From contig CAUQBP010000010.1 of assembly GCA_963516605.1 (NCBI GenBank), forward strand, positions 2,289 through 66,288: a DNA stretch of 64,000 bases, written 5' to 3'. Positions 50,391 through 60,384 of this stretch are shown one piece after another. The translations under genes were made by a program, and so were the position numbers. Source of the stretch: an uncultured Veillonella sp. (lineage in GTDB: Bacteria; Bacillota; Negativicutes; Veillonellales; Veillonellaceae). Under the pieces are notes generated by a model. That model was not told where the DNA came from, did no database searches, and worked only from the letters and a program-made list of their open reading frames with translations. The stretch's first letter is position 1. Each line of letters begins with the position of its first letter.

Positions 50391-51212
50391 TTAATCTCTG
50401 CGTACGCGCATGATACCACGATCTGCATTGCGCAAGAAACGTAGCATATGTTCAATCTCAACAGAGGATGTTAAGTTCAATTCCATTTCTTCAATGGCTT
50501 TCGATAAACTATAACCACTGCGATATATAATACGGAACGCTTTCTTCAATTCACGACGTACCTCTTCAGATACACCCGCACGGGCAAGACCCACAGAGTT
50601 CAGCCCAATTACATGTGCTGGCTGTCCATCCGCAATGACATAGGGAGGGATATCTTGTACGACTTTTGCCATACCACCAACCATAGCATTACGACCAATT
50701 TTTACAAATTGATGGACCCCAGCGATGCCACCGATGACAACCCGATCTTCTACAATTACATGACCAGCAAGGCCTGCACAGTTACTCATAATTACATTAT
50801 TGCCAACGATGCAGTTATGCGCTACGTGAGTACACGCTTGGAACAAACAATTATTACCAATTCGTGTTTCTTCCCCTTCACCAGTAGCACGGCTAATCGT
50901 TACAAATTCACGAACTACTGTATTATCGCCAATGACGCAATAACTTTTTTCACCTTTAAATTTTAAGTCTTGTGGTTCTAAACCGATAGCACAACCTGGG
51001 AAAAATTCATTATTTTTACCAATCGTTGTCCAGCCACCAATGACTACATTGGCTCCGATTTTAGTACCATCTCCGATTTCAACATGTTCTCCAATGACTG
51101 CACCAGGACCAATAATAACATTTTTACCAATCTTTGCATCTGGATGTATGACTGCAGTACTATGAATTTCAGATGTTGCATTTTCCATGCCAACTACGAT
51201 CATCTGTGTCAC
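50391..51212 (-). CDS. lpxA: UDP-GlcNAc O-acyltransferase
   Basis: Hexapeptide repeats, PQDLKFKG, HVAHNC, LAGHV, GLNSVGL. Confidence 0.96.
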   Translation of the reverse strand: MTQMIVVGMENATSEIHSTAVIHPDAKIGKNVIIGPGAVIGEHVEIGDGTKIGANVVIGGWTTIGKNNEFFPGCAIGLEPQDLKFKGEKSYCVIGDNTVVREFVTISRATGEGEETRIGNNCLFQACTHVAHNCIVGNNVIMSNCAGLAGHVIVEDRVVIGGIAGVHQFVKIGRNAMVGGMAKVVQDIPPYVIADGQPAHVIGLNSVGLARAGVSEEVRRELKKAFRIIYRSGYSLSKAIEEMELNLTSSVEIEHMLRFLRNADRGIMRVRRD

Positions 51213-51229
51213 TCCTTATATTTTGAAAG

Positions 51230-51664
51230 TTATTCTGGTTTCACTAAGGCGAACATGTACTCACCACTTGCCACCAATTTATCACCTACATACGCACGTC
51301 CTTCTACTTTGCCCATACGGCCTTTGATTTTAACTACATCGGCTTCTATACGTACTTGGTCACCAGGTTTTACAGGATGACGGAAACGCACTTTATCAAT
51401 ACCTGTAAACATTGGCGTTAAACCACGATTTTCTTCAGGATACAAGAGTGCAATCCCACCTACTTGGGCAATCGCTTCTGTAATCAATACACCTGGCATC
51501 ACAGGGTTACCTGGAAAGTGCCCCATGAAATGTGGTTCATTGAAAGTACAATTTTTAAGACCTACCGCACGCTTCATTGGTTCCATTTCAATAATACGAT
51601 CTACCAATAAGAATGGATAACGGTGTGGTAGAATTTCCATAATTTCTTCAATTGTAAGAATCAT
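51230..51664 (-). CDS. fabZ: 3-hydroxyacyl-ACP dehydratase
   Basis: LPHRYPFLLVDR, GHFPGNPVMPGVL. Confidence 0.97.
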   Translation of the reverse strand: MILTIEEIMEILPHRYPFLLVDRIIEMEPMKRAVGLKNCTFNEPHFMGHFPGNPVMPGVLITEAIAQVGGIALLYPEENRGLTPMFTGIDKVRFRHPVKPGDQVRIEADVVKIKGRMGKVEGRAYVGDKLVASGEYMFALVKPE

Positions 51665-51665
51665 G

Positions 51666-52496
51666 TTATGCCTCCTCTTGCATTTCTTTTAAAATTTCTC
51701 GACTTAATCGCGAGTTTAAATTATGACTCGATTTCACAGCAATAATATGGCCTTTTAGATGGCCCACCAAGAATAAATCACCTAATATATCTAAAATTTT
51801 ATGACGCACTAATTCATCTGGAAAATTAAGTTCCGATAAACAAGTTGTATCATCATAGACAATCACGTTTTCCGTGGATCCGCCTTTAGCTAATCCCATC
51901 GCTTGCAATTGTTCGATTTCTTTTGTAAAACCAATCGTTCTTGCTGGTGCAATTTCTGTAGCAAATACATCAGGATTAATCTCATAATCTGCATGTTGCG
52001 TACCTAGCATTGGATGGCTATTGATACTTGTGAAAGTCACTCGGAATCCATCATAAGGACGAATGATGATAAATTTATCTTCTTCATAGATGCCATGAGA
52101 CTGTTTCACAGTGTACACACGACGGTCTGCGTCTTGTTCTACAATACCTGCCTCTTTGATAAGTTGTACAAATGTGGCTGATCCACCATCTGCTATAGGA
52201 GGTTCTGGTGAGTTCAACTCGATGATACAGTTATCAATGGCCATACCGTAGAAGGCAGCTAAAATATGTTCTACTGTAAATACTTTTGCTTCCCCATCTT
52301 CTAAAGTGGTTGCACGCATTGTATTCGTAACATTGCGAATGTCTGCTTTCACAGAAGGAGTGCCTGGTAAATCTGTACGTACAAAGGTAATCCCAGTATT
52401 TGGATCACTAGGCAGGATACGCATTTTCACAGGTAATCCACTGTGTAATCCATCCCCTTCGTAGCTAATGGCTTTACTAATTGTTTGTTGTTTCAT
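51666..52496 (-). CDS. lpxC: UDP-3-O-acyl-GlcNAc deacetylase
   Basis: GLHSG, TVEH, PIADG, HKILD. Confidence 0.96.
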   Translation of the reverse strand: MKQQTISKAISYEGDGLHSGLPVKMRILPSDPNTGITFVRTDLPGTPSVKADIRNVTNTMRATTLEDGEAKVFTVEHILAAFYGMAIDNCIIELNSPEPPIADGGSATFVQLIKEAGIVEQDADRRVYTVKQSHGIYEEDKFIIIRPYDGFRVTFTSINSHPMLGTQHADYEINPDVFATEIAPARTIGFTKEIEQLQAMGLAKGGSTENVIVYDDTTCLSELNFPDELVRHKILDILGDLFLVGHLKGHIIAVKSSHNLNSRLSREILKEMQEEA

Positions 52497-52509
52497 AAGG
52501 ACCTCCTTT

Positions 52510-53424
52510 CTACAGTTTTTGGTTCATTACATCTGGTGGTACTTCTATGGTTTCACCATAAAAACGACGTGTCCATTTCCAACGGTTATGGAGCCAGAAC
52601 CAATCTTCTGGATATCGTCTAATATAATCTTCTAACCATTCATTGAGCATTGTCAATGTAACGGCAATATCACGTTTACGGTCCTCTGTTTTTTCTGCAT
52701 ATACAGGAGGATGTACGGTAATTTCATGTTTTTCAGTATATTCATTAAAACGAATGGTAATCGGAATAATCGGTACATCTTGCATGCGAGCCATTGCGGC
52801 TGGTCCTACAGGAGTCAAGGTTTCGTAGCCGAAAAATGGTACTAACTGACCTTTATCTCCTGGATCTTGGTCCATAATAAGACCAATGAAGGAACCTTGT
52901 TGTAATTCTTTCACCATTTCACGGACACCTGTTTTATAGGTTACGTGTTGTTTCATAAGTTCACGATATTCATTGATAAATTTGTCCGCATCACCTTGTT
53001 GTTGCATGGCTACTGAAATCAAAGGATAGCCTTCCGATGCTAAAATGCCTCCTAGTAATTCCCAGTTTCCACTATGGAGCGCGATAATAATAGCACCTTT
53101 GCCATCTTCTTTGGCAGTTTCCAGATATTCACGGCCTTCCATGGTGAACATCTCTTTATACTTACCATCTTTAATTTCAGGATACCGAAGTACATCCACA
53201 ATCATACGACCAAATCGTGTCACACTGGCTTTGGCAATTCGCTTTGCCTCTACAGGATCATCTGTAATTCGACAAAACAAGATTTGTCCGATCGCCAATC
53301 GTTTTCGATTGCTTGGTGTGAAAAGCCATCCTAATTGTCCTAATAGGTACCCAATGCCATATTGTACTCGATATGGTAAAGCGCATAGGATAGCACTGAA
53401 TAGTTTCATACAGGTATATAACAT
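52510..53424 (-). CDS. Second lipid A late acyltransferase (LpxL/HtrB family)
   Basis: HSGNWE, MDQ, PEDWFWLHNRWK. Confidence 0.9.
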   Translation of the reverse strand: MLYTCMKLFSAILCALPYRVQYGIGYLLGQLGWLFTPSNRKRLAIGQILFCRITDDPVEAKRIAKASVTRFGRMIVDVLRYPEIKDGKYKEMFTMEGREYLETAKEDGKGAIIIALHSGNWELLGGILASEGYPLISVAMQQQGDADKFINEYRELMKQHVTYKTGVREMVKELQQGSFIGLIMDQDPGDKGQLVPFFGYETLTPVGPAAMARMQDVPIIPITIRFNEYTEKHEITVHPPVYAEKTEDRKRDIAVTLTMLNEWLEDYIRRYPEDWFWLHNRWKWTRRFYGETIEVPPDVMNQKL

Positions 53425-53432
53425 AGGTACAC

Positions 53433-54464
53433 CTATTTATCTTCTAATTTAGCTTGCAATGCAGCTACTTCTTTTTCTAATACTTTCAACTGTTTTACCA
53501 TATCTGGCAATCGGCTTTCATAGGCCGCCAATTTCAACCATTCTTTGTGTGGTCTCATTGGAAAACCCGCATATAATCCATTGGATGGCACATTACCTGT
53601 GATACCCGTTTTACCAGCAAAGGTAACATTGTCACCAATCGTAATATGCCCTGTACAACCAGTTTGACCAGCAAAGATAACATGGTTACCACATTTGGTA
53701 CTGCCAGCGATGCCGACTTGAGCAATTAAGAAACAGTCTTCGCCAATTTCCACATTATGACCTAAGTGAACTAAGTTGTCTATCTTAGTACCACGGCGTA
53801 CCAAAGTAGAACCCATTGTAGCATTGTCGATACAAGAGCAAGAACCTACTTCCACATCATCTTCTAGAATCACATTACCTACTTGTGGGATATGTGTATG
53901 CTTACCATTTTCAGTGGCAAAGCCAAAGCCTTCTCCACCAATAACTGCATTAGCCCGTAAAACAACTCTTTTTCCTAAAATACAGTTTTCATGCACAATG
54001 GAACTTGCATAGATTGTTGTCCCTTCGCCAATACGTACATTATGTCCAATATACACATAGGCGTGTAATGTGACATTATCACCAATAATAGCATTATCGT
54101 AAACTACACAATAGGGTCCAACTTTTACATTCTTACCAATTGTTACATTCTTACCAATAATGGCCGTTTCATGAATCCCCTCTGGAAATACCACAGGAGG
54201 ATGGAATACTTCTAACAATTTAGCAAAGGCAGCTTTTGCGTTGGACACTACGATTTGAGGAATCGTGCAATCTTCAATTTTTGCATCCACCAACAATGCC
54301 CCAGCTTTACTATCTTTTGCAAACTCTCTATAATCGCCGATAGCAAAACTGATAGCATGTTCTGCCCCTTGATCTAAACTGCGGGCTTCTTCAATATTAA
54401 TAGAACCATCACCATATACGGTACCCTCAACTAATTTGGCTAGGTCTTCTACTGAAAACTTCAC
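53433..54464 (-). CDS. lpxD: UDP-3-O-acylglucosamine N-acyltransferase
   Basis: Hexapeptide repeats, GFGF, PQVGNV, TKIDNLVHLGHNV. Confidence 0.96.
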   Translation of the reverse strand: MKFSVEDLAKLVEGTVYGDGSINIEEARSLDQGAEHAISFAIGDYREFAKDSKAGALLVDAKIEDCTIPQIVVSNAKAAFAKLLEVFHPPVVFPEGIHETAIIGKNVTIGKNVKVGPYCVVYDNAIIGDNVTLHAYVYIGHNVRIGEGTTIYASSIVHENCILGKRVVLRANAVIGGEGFGFATENGKHTHIPQVGNVILEDDVEVGSCSCIDNATMGSTLVRRGTKIDNLVHLGHNVEIGEDCFLIAQVGIAGSTKCGNHVIFAGQTGCTGHITIGDNVTFAGKTGITGNVPSNGLYAGFPMRPHKEWLKLAAYESRLPDMVKQLKVLEKEVAALQAKLEDK

Positions 54465-54494
54465 GCTGAAGCCTCCTTACTTTTCACTCTCTTA

Positions 54495-54947
54495 TTATTT
54501 ACTAGTTTCTGTGGAAGAAGCGCCTTCATTCATCTTTTTAAGCACGTCTTCTGTAATATCAATACCACCCGTTACAATGGCTTGATCATTCGCTACTACA
54601 GTCAATTCTTTTTCTTTCGCTACCGCTTGGATATTAGATTCCACATAGGCTTTGAACTCTTTACCCTTTGCTTGACCAAAGATTTGCAATTCTTGTTGTG
54701 CATTCATTTGTGTTTGATGGAATTGGTCTTCTGTTTGTGTGCCTTGCACTTGGGCTAAACGATCAGTCACTTCTTTTTGTTTAGCTTCCATTTCTTTATT
54801 GATGTCTTTTGCTTTTTGACTTTCTTGCACTAGTTTTTCAGTGTTTACCACGCCTACTTTATCTGTGGTGCCACAACCGGCAACCAATCCTAATGCACAT
54901 ACCATCATAGCTCCTGTAGCCATACGTTTCCACATTGATTTCATCAC
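54495..54947 (-). CDS. OmpH/Skp-like chaperone, predicted lipoprotein
   Basis: Lipobox LVAGC, KVGVVN, C-terminal GGIDITEDVLKK. Confidence 0.8.
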   Translation of the reverse strand: MMKSMWKRMATGAMMVCALGLVAGCGTTDKVGVVNTEKLVQESQKAKDINKEMEAKQKEVTDRLAQVQGTQTEDQFHQTQMNAQQELQIFGQAKGKEFKAYVESNIQAVAKEKELTVVANDQAIVTGGIDITEDVLKKMNEGASSTETSK

Positions 54948-54956
54948 TTTACTCCT

Positions 54957-55937
54957 TTATTGTCCATACGATTGAATGATTTCATCTGTCAAATCCATGC
55001 CAGTACGGTCCGTAATATGGTCCACCAACACCAGATCTAGTTGTTTTGCTCTCGCTAGAACTCCTGCGCGAACTCGAATATCTTCTAGAATCGCATCATG
55101 CAAGGCTTGCACTTCATCTCGTTTTTGTGCCAACCGCTGTTCCCATTCTGCATCCCACAATGTGGTACCATCATGACGAACTTTTGCTAGCACCTCTTGT
55201 TGAGAGTCCACTAAAGCTTTCATGGATCGGTCCCTCTGTGCACCTAAGGCTTTAGCCTGTTCTGCAGCATAGGCACTTAACTTTTGTTGTGCCTCTGCAT
55301 GAGCTGGTGCCATAGCTACCGCCACTTTCGATTCGATGTCTTTCCATTTGTCGGAGCCGCTCAGACCATGACTACGCTGTGCCAACAACTCTGATAAACG
55401 TTGTTCTTTTTCACGTTTTTCGATGTCCCAACGGTGACGTTGCATGTCATCAATCGCTTTTACATTCATTTCAGTTGTTAACCATAATTGTAAATTCACA
55501 ATTTCTATATCTGCTTCACTAGGTTCTACTTTATAGCTTTTACGATATTGTTCAATCAATGCCCGTTGCTTAGCAGCTAACTCTTGATTTAACTCAGCCT
55601 CACGTAGGGCAATCTTAGTTTGTAACTCACGATTCAAACTTTCTGTTAAATTTGACTCTAACTGTTTCAAATGTTCTTCCGATTTGTTTACCTCAGCACC
55701 TAGTTTAGACTTGAGAAGTTCATCTTCTCTATCCCGTTGTGCCTCTAGCCGCAACAGTTCTTTTTTTTGCTCATCATAACTGTGAAAGTTTGGATGTCGT
55801 TCCACCACATCTTGCAAGCGTACAACCCCAATCCGTGGTGCCTCTATTACCTTCGAGTGTTGGTGTCCATAATATCCACCAATACCTACAGCACATACCA
55901 GCATACCTATGAAAGCGAAGATAGGTCCTTTTTCCAT
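54957..55937 (-). CDS. Elongated OmpH/Skp-like coiled-coil protein
   Basis: N-terminal hydrophobic anchor, RIGVV start and LDLVL...MDLTDEII end like Skp, with a long helical insert. Confidence 0.6.
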   Translation of the reverse strand: MEKGPIFAFIGMLVCAVGIGGYYGHQHSKVIEAPRIGVVRLQDVVERHPNFHSYDEQKKELLRLEAQRDREDELLKSKLGAEVNKSEEHLKQLESNLTESLNRELQTKIALREAELNQELAAKQRALIEQYRKSYKVEPSEADIEIVNLQLWLTTEMNVKAIDDMQRHRWDIEKREKEQRLSELLAQRSHGLSGSDKWKDIESKVAVAMAPAHAEAQQKLSAYAAEQAKALGAQRDRSMKALVDSQQEVLAKVRHDGTTLWDAEWEQRLAQKRDEVQALHDAILEDIRVRAGVLARAKQLDLVLVDHITDRTGMDLTDEIIQSYGQ

Positions 55938-55949
55938 TTGGATGTTACC

Positions 55950-56429
55950 TTATTTAGTTTCTGCTAATTTTTTGCTCACTTGTTCTGTAATATCAGTACC
56001 ACCAAACAACACAGATTCACGGCTCAATACAACACTAAGACCTTTGCCATCAGCTACAGTTTTAGACGCTTCATCTACACGTTTTTTAAGATTATCTTGA
56101 ATTGTTTGTTGCTTTTCTTGCATTTTTTGACGAAGTTCATCAGATAATTTAGCTTTACCTGCTTCATCTAAATTAGCGGATTTTTCGTTAAATTCTTTTT
56201 GCAATTCTTCGTTATATGCTGCATATTCTTGTTGTGCATCTTGCACTAAGTTCGGATTGCTTTCTACAATTCGTTGCATGTCGATGACACCAATGTTACT
56301 AATTGCATTAGAACCACCATGTCCTGCCATCTGTGTGTACGCCAAAGCGCCCACACTAATAACAAAAAGAACGCCAACAATGATGGACACTGTTTTTACA
56401 TTCTTTTTATTGTTCAATAAACGCATCAT
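55950..56429 (-). CDS. OmpH/Skp-like chaperone
   Basis: IGVIDMQRIV, GLSVVL, GGTDITEQV; start moved to ATG 56429. Confidence 0.85.
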   Translation of the reverse strand: MMRLLNNKKNVKTVSIIVGVLFVISVGALAYTQMAGHGGSNAISNIGVIDMQRIVESNPNLVQDAQQEYAAYNEELQKEFNEKSANLDEAGKAKLSDELRQKMQEKQQTIQDNLKKRVDEASKTVADGKGLSVVLSRESVLFGGTDITEQVSKKLAETK

Positions 56430-56449
56430 AGTGTATCTACCTTCTTTCT

Positions 56450-57721
56450 TTATATTCGTCCTATCAGGCGCAACCACCGATCATGGTCGCCCCATATATA
56501 TTCTAATCGTAAATATTCATGTACATCGTAGGAAATAGCAAATTCATTCTCTTTTGCAGTCATATCTCTTTCATATCTTGCATTCCAACGGTTTCCAATA
56601 GTTTGTTGCACTATTCCATACTGGTGGTGATTAGGCAATCCATATTGATACCCTATCTTTGTATCTTTCGTGAATTGGTACCCATAAGATGGCTTAAAGG
56701 AGCATTCCAAACGATTCGGCAAAAACTCTGTTTCTACATACCAGTCATGAGGCCCATCATGAACCCCCGTATACAACCGTAATCCTACAGAATCTACGCC
56801 ACGACCCATATCCAAATAGCCTTCCCCTCGAAGAATATACTTAGAGGAATCTACATGAATTTGCAAGGTCGTCTCCGATCCTACTTCCAAGGTGGGACTC
56901 ATCGTCACACCAAACTGCGTAACACCACGACTTTTGTTGAGTTCATCTTGTATCTCTTTTTCTATCATCATTTGATGACGTCGTACAAAGGACACTGGCA
57001 AGCCTTCTAATTGGCGTAGTTTTTTTTCATAGTATTGACGCATAGTATAAAAGAACACGCTCGGTAATGTATTCGATTGAATCGTCACTGCTGTACGACT
57101 TACGCTATTTCCATTAGGAACTAAGTACACCGTCGCCTTTGCTGTATCGCCTCCTACCACATCAATTTGTGGGGTAAACTCAGGAAGGGAGCCTTCTAGG
57201 TCACTACGAACCGACTTTTGCACCAGTGGTGTAATCCAATCTAGTGAATCCAGTGATGCTCCCAGGAGCATTTGCTCTAATCGTGGCTTTACATTCCCTA
57301 AATCGGCATCTATCAACGACCGTCCATAGGGCGATATATTGCCATAATTCACCGTAGCTTCCAGAGATTGTACTACCTTTCCATACGGCTCTAAGGTAAG
57401 ATGAATATTCAAATTGTTGCCTACATCCATAGCTATAGCTTTTACCGTGTATCCATAGAGGATCCGATCCACCACATCCATAGTTGCTTTTTCATAGGCC
57501 TGAAGAGACTCTCTGATTTCAAAGTCCTCTTTCCCTTGGTACATATAGGTAGCCGCTCCTTGAATGCTGGCGACCATACGTGATTCAAAAGCTCTTGGAA
57601 TCGTTCCCGTTGTACTGTGCAGGTCCACATGCACCGTCTGAACAGGAGCACCATAGACAGAGGGAATCCCTAATGTTGCCATCAGAAGAGCCCCTCCTAT
57701 CCATTTTTGTATCGTCATCAA
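56450..57721 (-). CDS. Uncharacterised exported protein with three POTRA-like repeats and a C-terminal amphipathic beta-strand region
   Basis: Signal peptide; three roughly 90-aa repeats; aromatic-rich alternating strands at the C-terminus; abuts the bamA stop. Confidence 0.6.
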   Translation of the reverse strand: MMTIQKWIGGALLMATLGIPSVYGAPVQTVHVDLHSTTGTIPRAFESRMVASIQGAATYMYQGKEDFEIRESLQAYEKATMDVVDRILYGYTVKAIAMDVGNNLNIHLTLEPYGKVVQSLEATVNYGNISPYGRSLIDADLGNVKPRLEQMLLGASLDSLDWITPLVQKSVRSDLEGSLPEFTPQIDVVGGDTAKATVYLVPNGNSVSRTAVTIQSNTLPSVFFYTMRQYYEKKLRQLEGLPVSFVRRHQMMIEKEIQDELNKSRGVTQFGVTMSPTLEVGSETTLQIHVDSSKYILRGEGYLDMGRGVDSVGLRLYTGVHDGPHDWYVETEFLPNRLECSFKPSYGYQFTKDTKIGYQYGLPNHHQYGIVQQTIGNRWNARYERDMTAKENEFAISYDVHEYLRLEYIWGDHDRWLRLIGRI

Positions 57722-59854
57722 TTAGAATTGTCCACCAAAGCTGAAGTGGAATTTCTTTTGATTTTTACTAATACCATAGTCGATACGTACTGGACCAATT
57801 GGTGTTGTCACACGCACGCCGGCACCGACGGAAGCATTGAATGTTTTAGAATGAGAGAACCAAGGTACATTTGGTGCATCCCAAGCATCACCTAAGTCAG
57901 TGAATAAGGCCCCACTTACTTTATTCCAAATTGGGAAGCGATATTCCGCTGTGAAGTTGTACATTTTCTTACCACGGTATTGATCATCTTCATAGGCACG
58001 AAGAGAATCAGAACCACCGATTGTATATAATTGGCTATATGGTAAATCACCAACAGCCCAACCGATACGACCACGGAATGCCAATACTTGTTTATTGCCT
58101 ACTTTTTTATACGTTCTAGCTTCACCAGTGAATTTATAGAAGTTGAAGTCACCGCCTAAGCCATGACCACCCCATTGTAATGTACTGGATAAACGTTTAC
58201 CACGGCTTGGTTCATACACATTATCACGGGAGTCGAATACTTTTTGCCAGCTCACACTGTTTGTTGTGCCGAAGTTGTTTTTCAAGTATCCAGATGCTAA
58301 GAATGGATATCCATGGTTATTCCAACGAGGCCCTTGAGATTGGTTTGTATCATAACGGAAACCACTGGAATCCTTGTTATCCCAAATATAGGTATCTTTA
58401 CGATGTTCTAGTGTTACATAATCACGAGTAAACTCACCTGTTTGACGACCTAAAGATACATTAAGACCATTAGATTTTCTATCATAGGTAGCCACAGATT
58501 GTCCTTTTTCATTATAATCTGTGTATTCGTTTAATTGGTTGAAGTAGGTTACACCAAGAGATGTGCCTTTACTATCAATCCATGGACGCAAGTAAGATAC
58601 AGAGTAATTTTTATACCCTGCTGTACCACCAAATTCCCAGTGAACTTTAATTTTGTCGCCAGTACCACGTAGGTTTTCTTCCCCTACTTCTACGATCCCC
58701 ACAAATCCATCAGACCCAGAGTAACCAGCACCTAATGTAATCGTACCTGTTTTATGTTCCAACACATCTACTTCAATATTTACCGTTTCTTCTGTGGATC
58801 CTTGTGTTAAACGTACGTTTACATCATCAAAGAAACCTAAGTTATATACTTTTTCTACAGAACGACGTACTAAGAATTTATTGAATGGTTGACCCACTTT
58901 TTGATTGAATTCACGAGTAATCACTCGATCTTTCGTTTTCTTATTACCATGTGGTGTAATACGTTCTACAATACCTTCTACCACAAATACGTGTAATACA
59001 CCATTGTCGTCTACAGCCATGTCTTTTACATGCGCTAAGATATAACCATCACGTTGGTACGCAGCATTAATACCTTGTATTTTTTCCCCTACGGAAATGG
59101 TATTCAATACCGTGTTCGGTTGCACGCCTAAGTAGTTCACCAATACATCTGTTTTGTACACAGTGTTACCTTCTACAGACACACCTTTGATCACTGGGTT
59201 TAATGTTACATGGTACGCTACTTTCACACCTTCTGGCACTTCTGTAAATACTGGTGTAATTTCTGAAAGAACACCAGAACCACCCAAGTTTGCTATTTCT
59301 TTTGAAATGCCTTCTACAGTAACGACATCACCAATTTTACCTTGCAATAAGGATAGGAATGCTGGCTGATTAGCTGCATCAAGACCTTCAATAGAGATAT
59401 TTGTAATTGTTTTACCTACATATTTTTGTAATTCTGTTTCTGTTAACGATGTGAAATAACGAGCTTGTACTTGAGGAATCGCTGTTTCCACACCAGCTGC
59501 TTGTGCTTCTTCTAATTTATCACCACCAGCTTTTGTAATGGTTTTAACTTCTTTATCATTCGTAGCCAAAGAAGAGTTATCCACACGTTTACGTTGTTCT
59601 TCGATTGCATCACGTTGTGCTGCTTCCGATAAACCTTCACGAGCTGCAGCGATGGCTGCTTCTGTGGCTGCATCACCAGCAGCTACTGTTTCTTGGCGTG
59701 TAGTATTTTGCTTTCCTAAGTCCGCCATGGACAATTTAGCAATTGTTTTGCCACTTTCCGTTGTCGTAGCATTGTCAGCAAATACTGGAGTTGCACTGAT
59801 TGCTGCTAGGACAGCAAAGGTTAAAAATTTCTTATAAGATAGGTTTCCCTTCAT
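57722..59854 (-). CDS. bamA: Outer membrane protein assembly factor BamA/Omp85
   Basis: POTRA motifs (GNTVY, GNKKTKDRVITRE, LGFFDDV), GGSDSLRAY loop, TPIGPVRIDYG, terminal Phe. Confidence 0.93.
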   Translation of the reverse strand: MKGNLSYKKFLTFAVLAAISATPVFADNATTTESGKTIAKLSMADLGKQNTTRQETVAAGDAATEAAIAAAREGLSEAAQRDAIEEQRKRVDNSSLATNDKEVKTITKAGGDKLEEAQAAGVETAIPQVQARYFTSLTETELQKYVGKTITNISIEGLDAANQPAFLSLLQGKIGDVVTVEGISKEIANLGGSGVLSEITPVFTEVPEGVKVAYHVTLNPVIKGVSVEGNTVYKTDVLVNYLGVQPNTVLNTISVGEKIQGINAAYQRDGYILAHVKDMAVDDNGVLHVFVVEGIVERITPHGNKKTKDRVITREFNQKVGQPFNKFLVRRSVEKVYNLGFFDDVNVRLTQGSTEETVNIEVDVLEHKTGTITLGAGYSGSDGFVGIVEVGEENLRGTGDKIKVHWEFGGTAGYKNYSVSYLRPWIDSKGTSLGVTYFNQLNEYTDYNEKGQSVATYDRKSNGLNVSLGRQTGEFTRDYVTLEHRKDTYIWDNKDSSGFRYDTNQSQGPRWNNHGYPFLASGYLKNNFGTTNSVSWQKVFDSRDNVYEPSRGKRLSSTLQWGGHGLGGDFNFYKFTGEARTYKKVGNKQVLAFRGRIGWAVGDLPYSQLYTIGGSDSLRAYEDDQYRGKKMYNFTAEYRFPIWNKVSGALFTDLGDAWDAPNVPWFSHSKTFNASVGAGVRVTTPIGPVRIDYGISKNQKKFHFSFGGQF

Positions 59855-59883
59855 ATATGTTCCTCCTTAGAATATAAAAGGTG

Positions 59884-60384
59884 CTAATCTCGCAAAATAC
59901 GTCCACCAGCTTGCACTGCATGTAACATGTCTTTTGAACTAATAGAGGGCTCTGGTGTTGCCTCCACAGTTGGTCGCGTAGTCACCACATGTTCCTGTTT
60001 TTCCACGGTTTCCACTACTTTTATTTCTGCTTGTTCTACAGGTGGTGATTCTTTTACAACCACTGGAGTACTAACCTTGTTTGGCTGTACTTCTACCTGT
60101 GTGTCAATGACGGGAGTGTGCTCCGTATTCCCTGTTTCATGTTGTGATAGCCACCAATGTGTTGCTCCTATGATTCCTACTAGTACGAGTGCTAAGACAG
60201 CTCGTTGTGCATAGGACACAATAGAAGGTTTCCCTTCATTCATTTGCTTCATCTCTGCTTGTGCCAAGAAGAGATGAAAGTTTCCTTTCACACTTCCTTT
60301 GTTAGCATACGATGTAGCTGCTGCATCTAACCAAGCACGAACCATGCGAATGCGTTTTTCCATAGGTGTTGTTACAGGTTCCAT
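59884..60384 (-). CDS. Hypothetical single-pass membrane protein
   Basis: RBS GAGGAA, helical N-terminus, TM helix, Pro/Thr/Val-rich tail. Confidence 0.7.
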   Translation of the reverse strand: MEPVTTPMEKRIRMVRAWLDAAATSYANKGSVKGNFHLFLAQAEMKQMNEGKPSIVSYAQRAVLALVLVGIIGATHWWLSQHETGNTEHTPVIDTQVEVQPNKVSTPVVVKESPPVEQAEIKVVETVEKQEHVVTTRPTVEATPEPSISSKDMLHAVQAGGRILRD

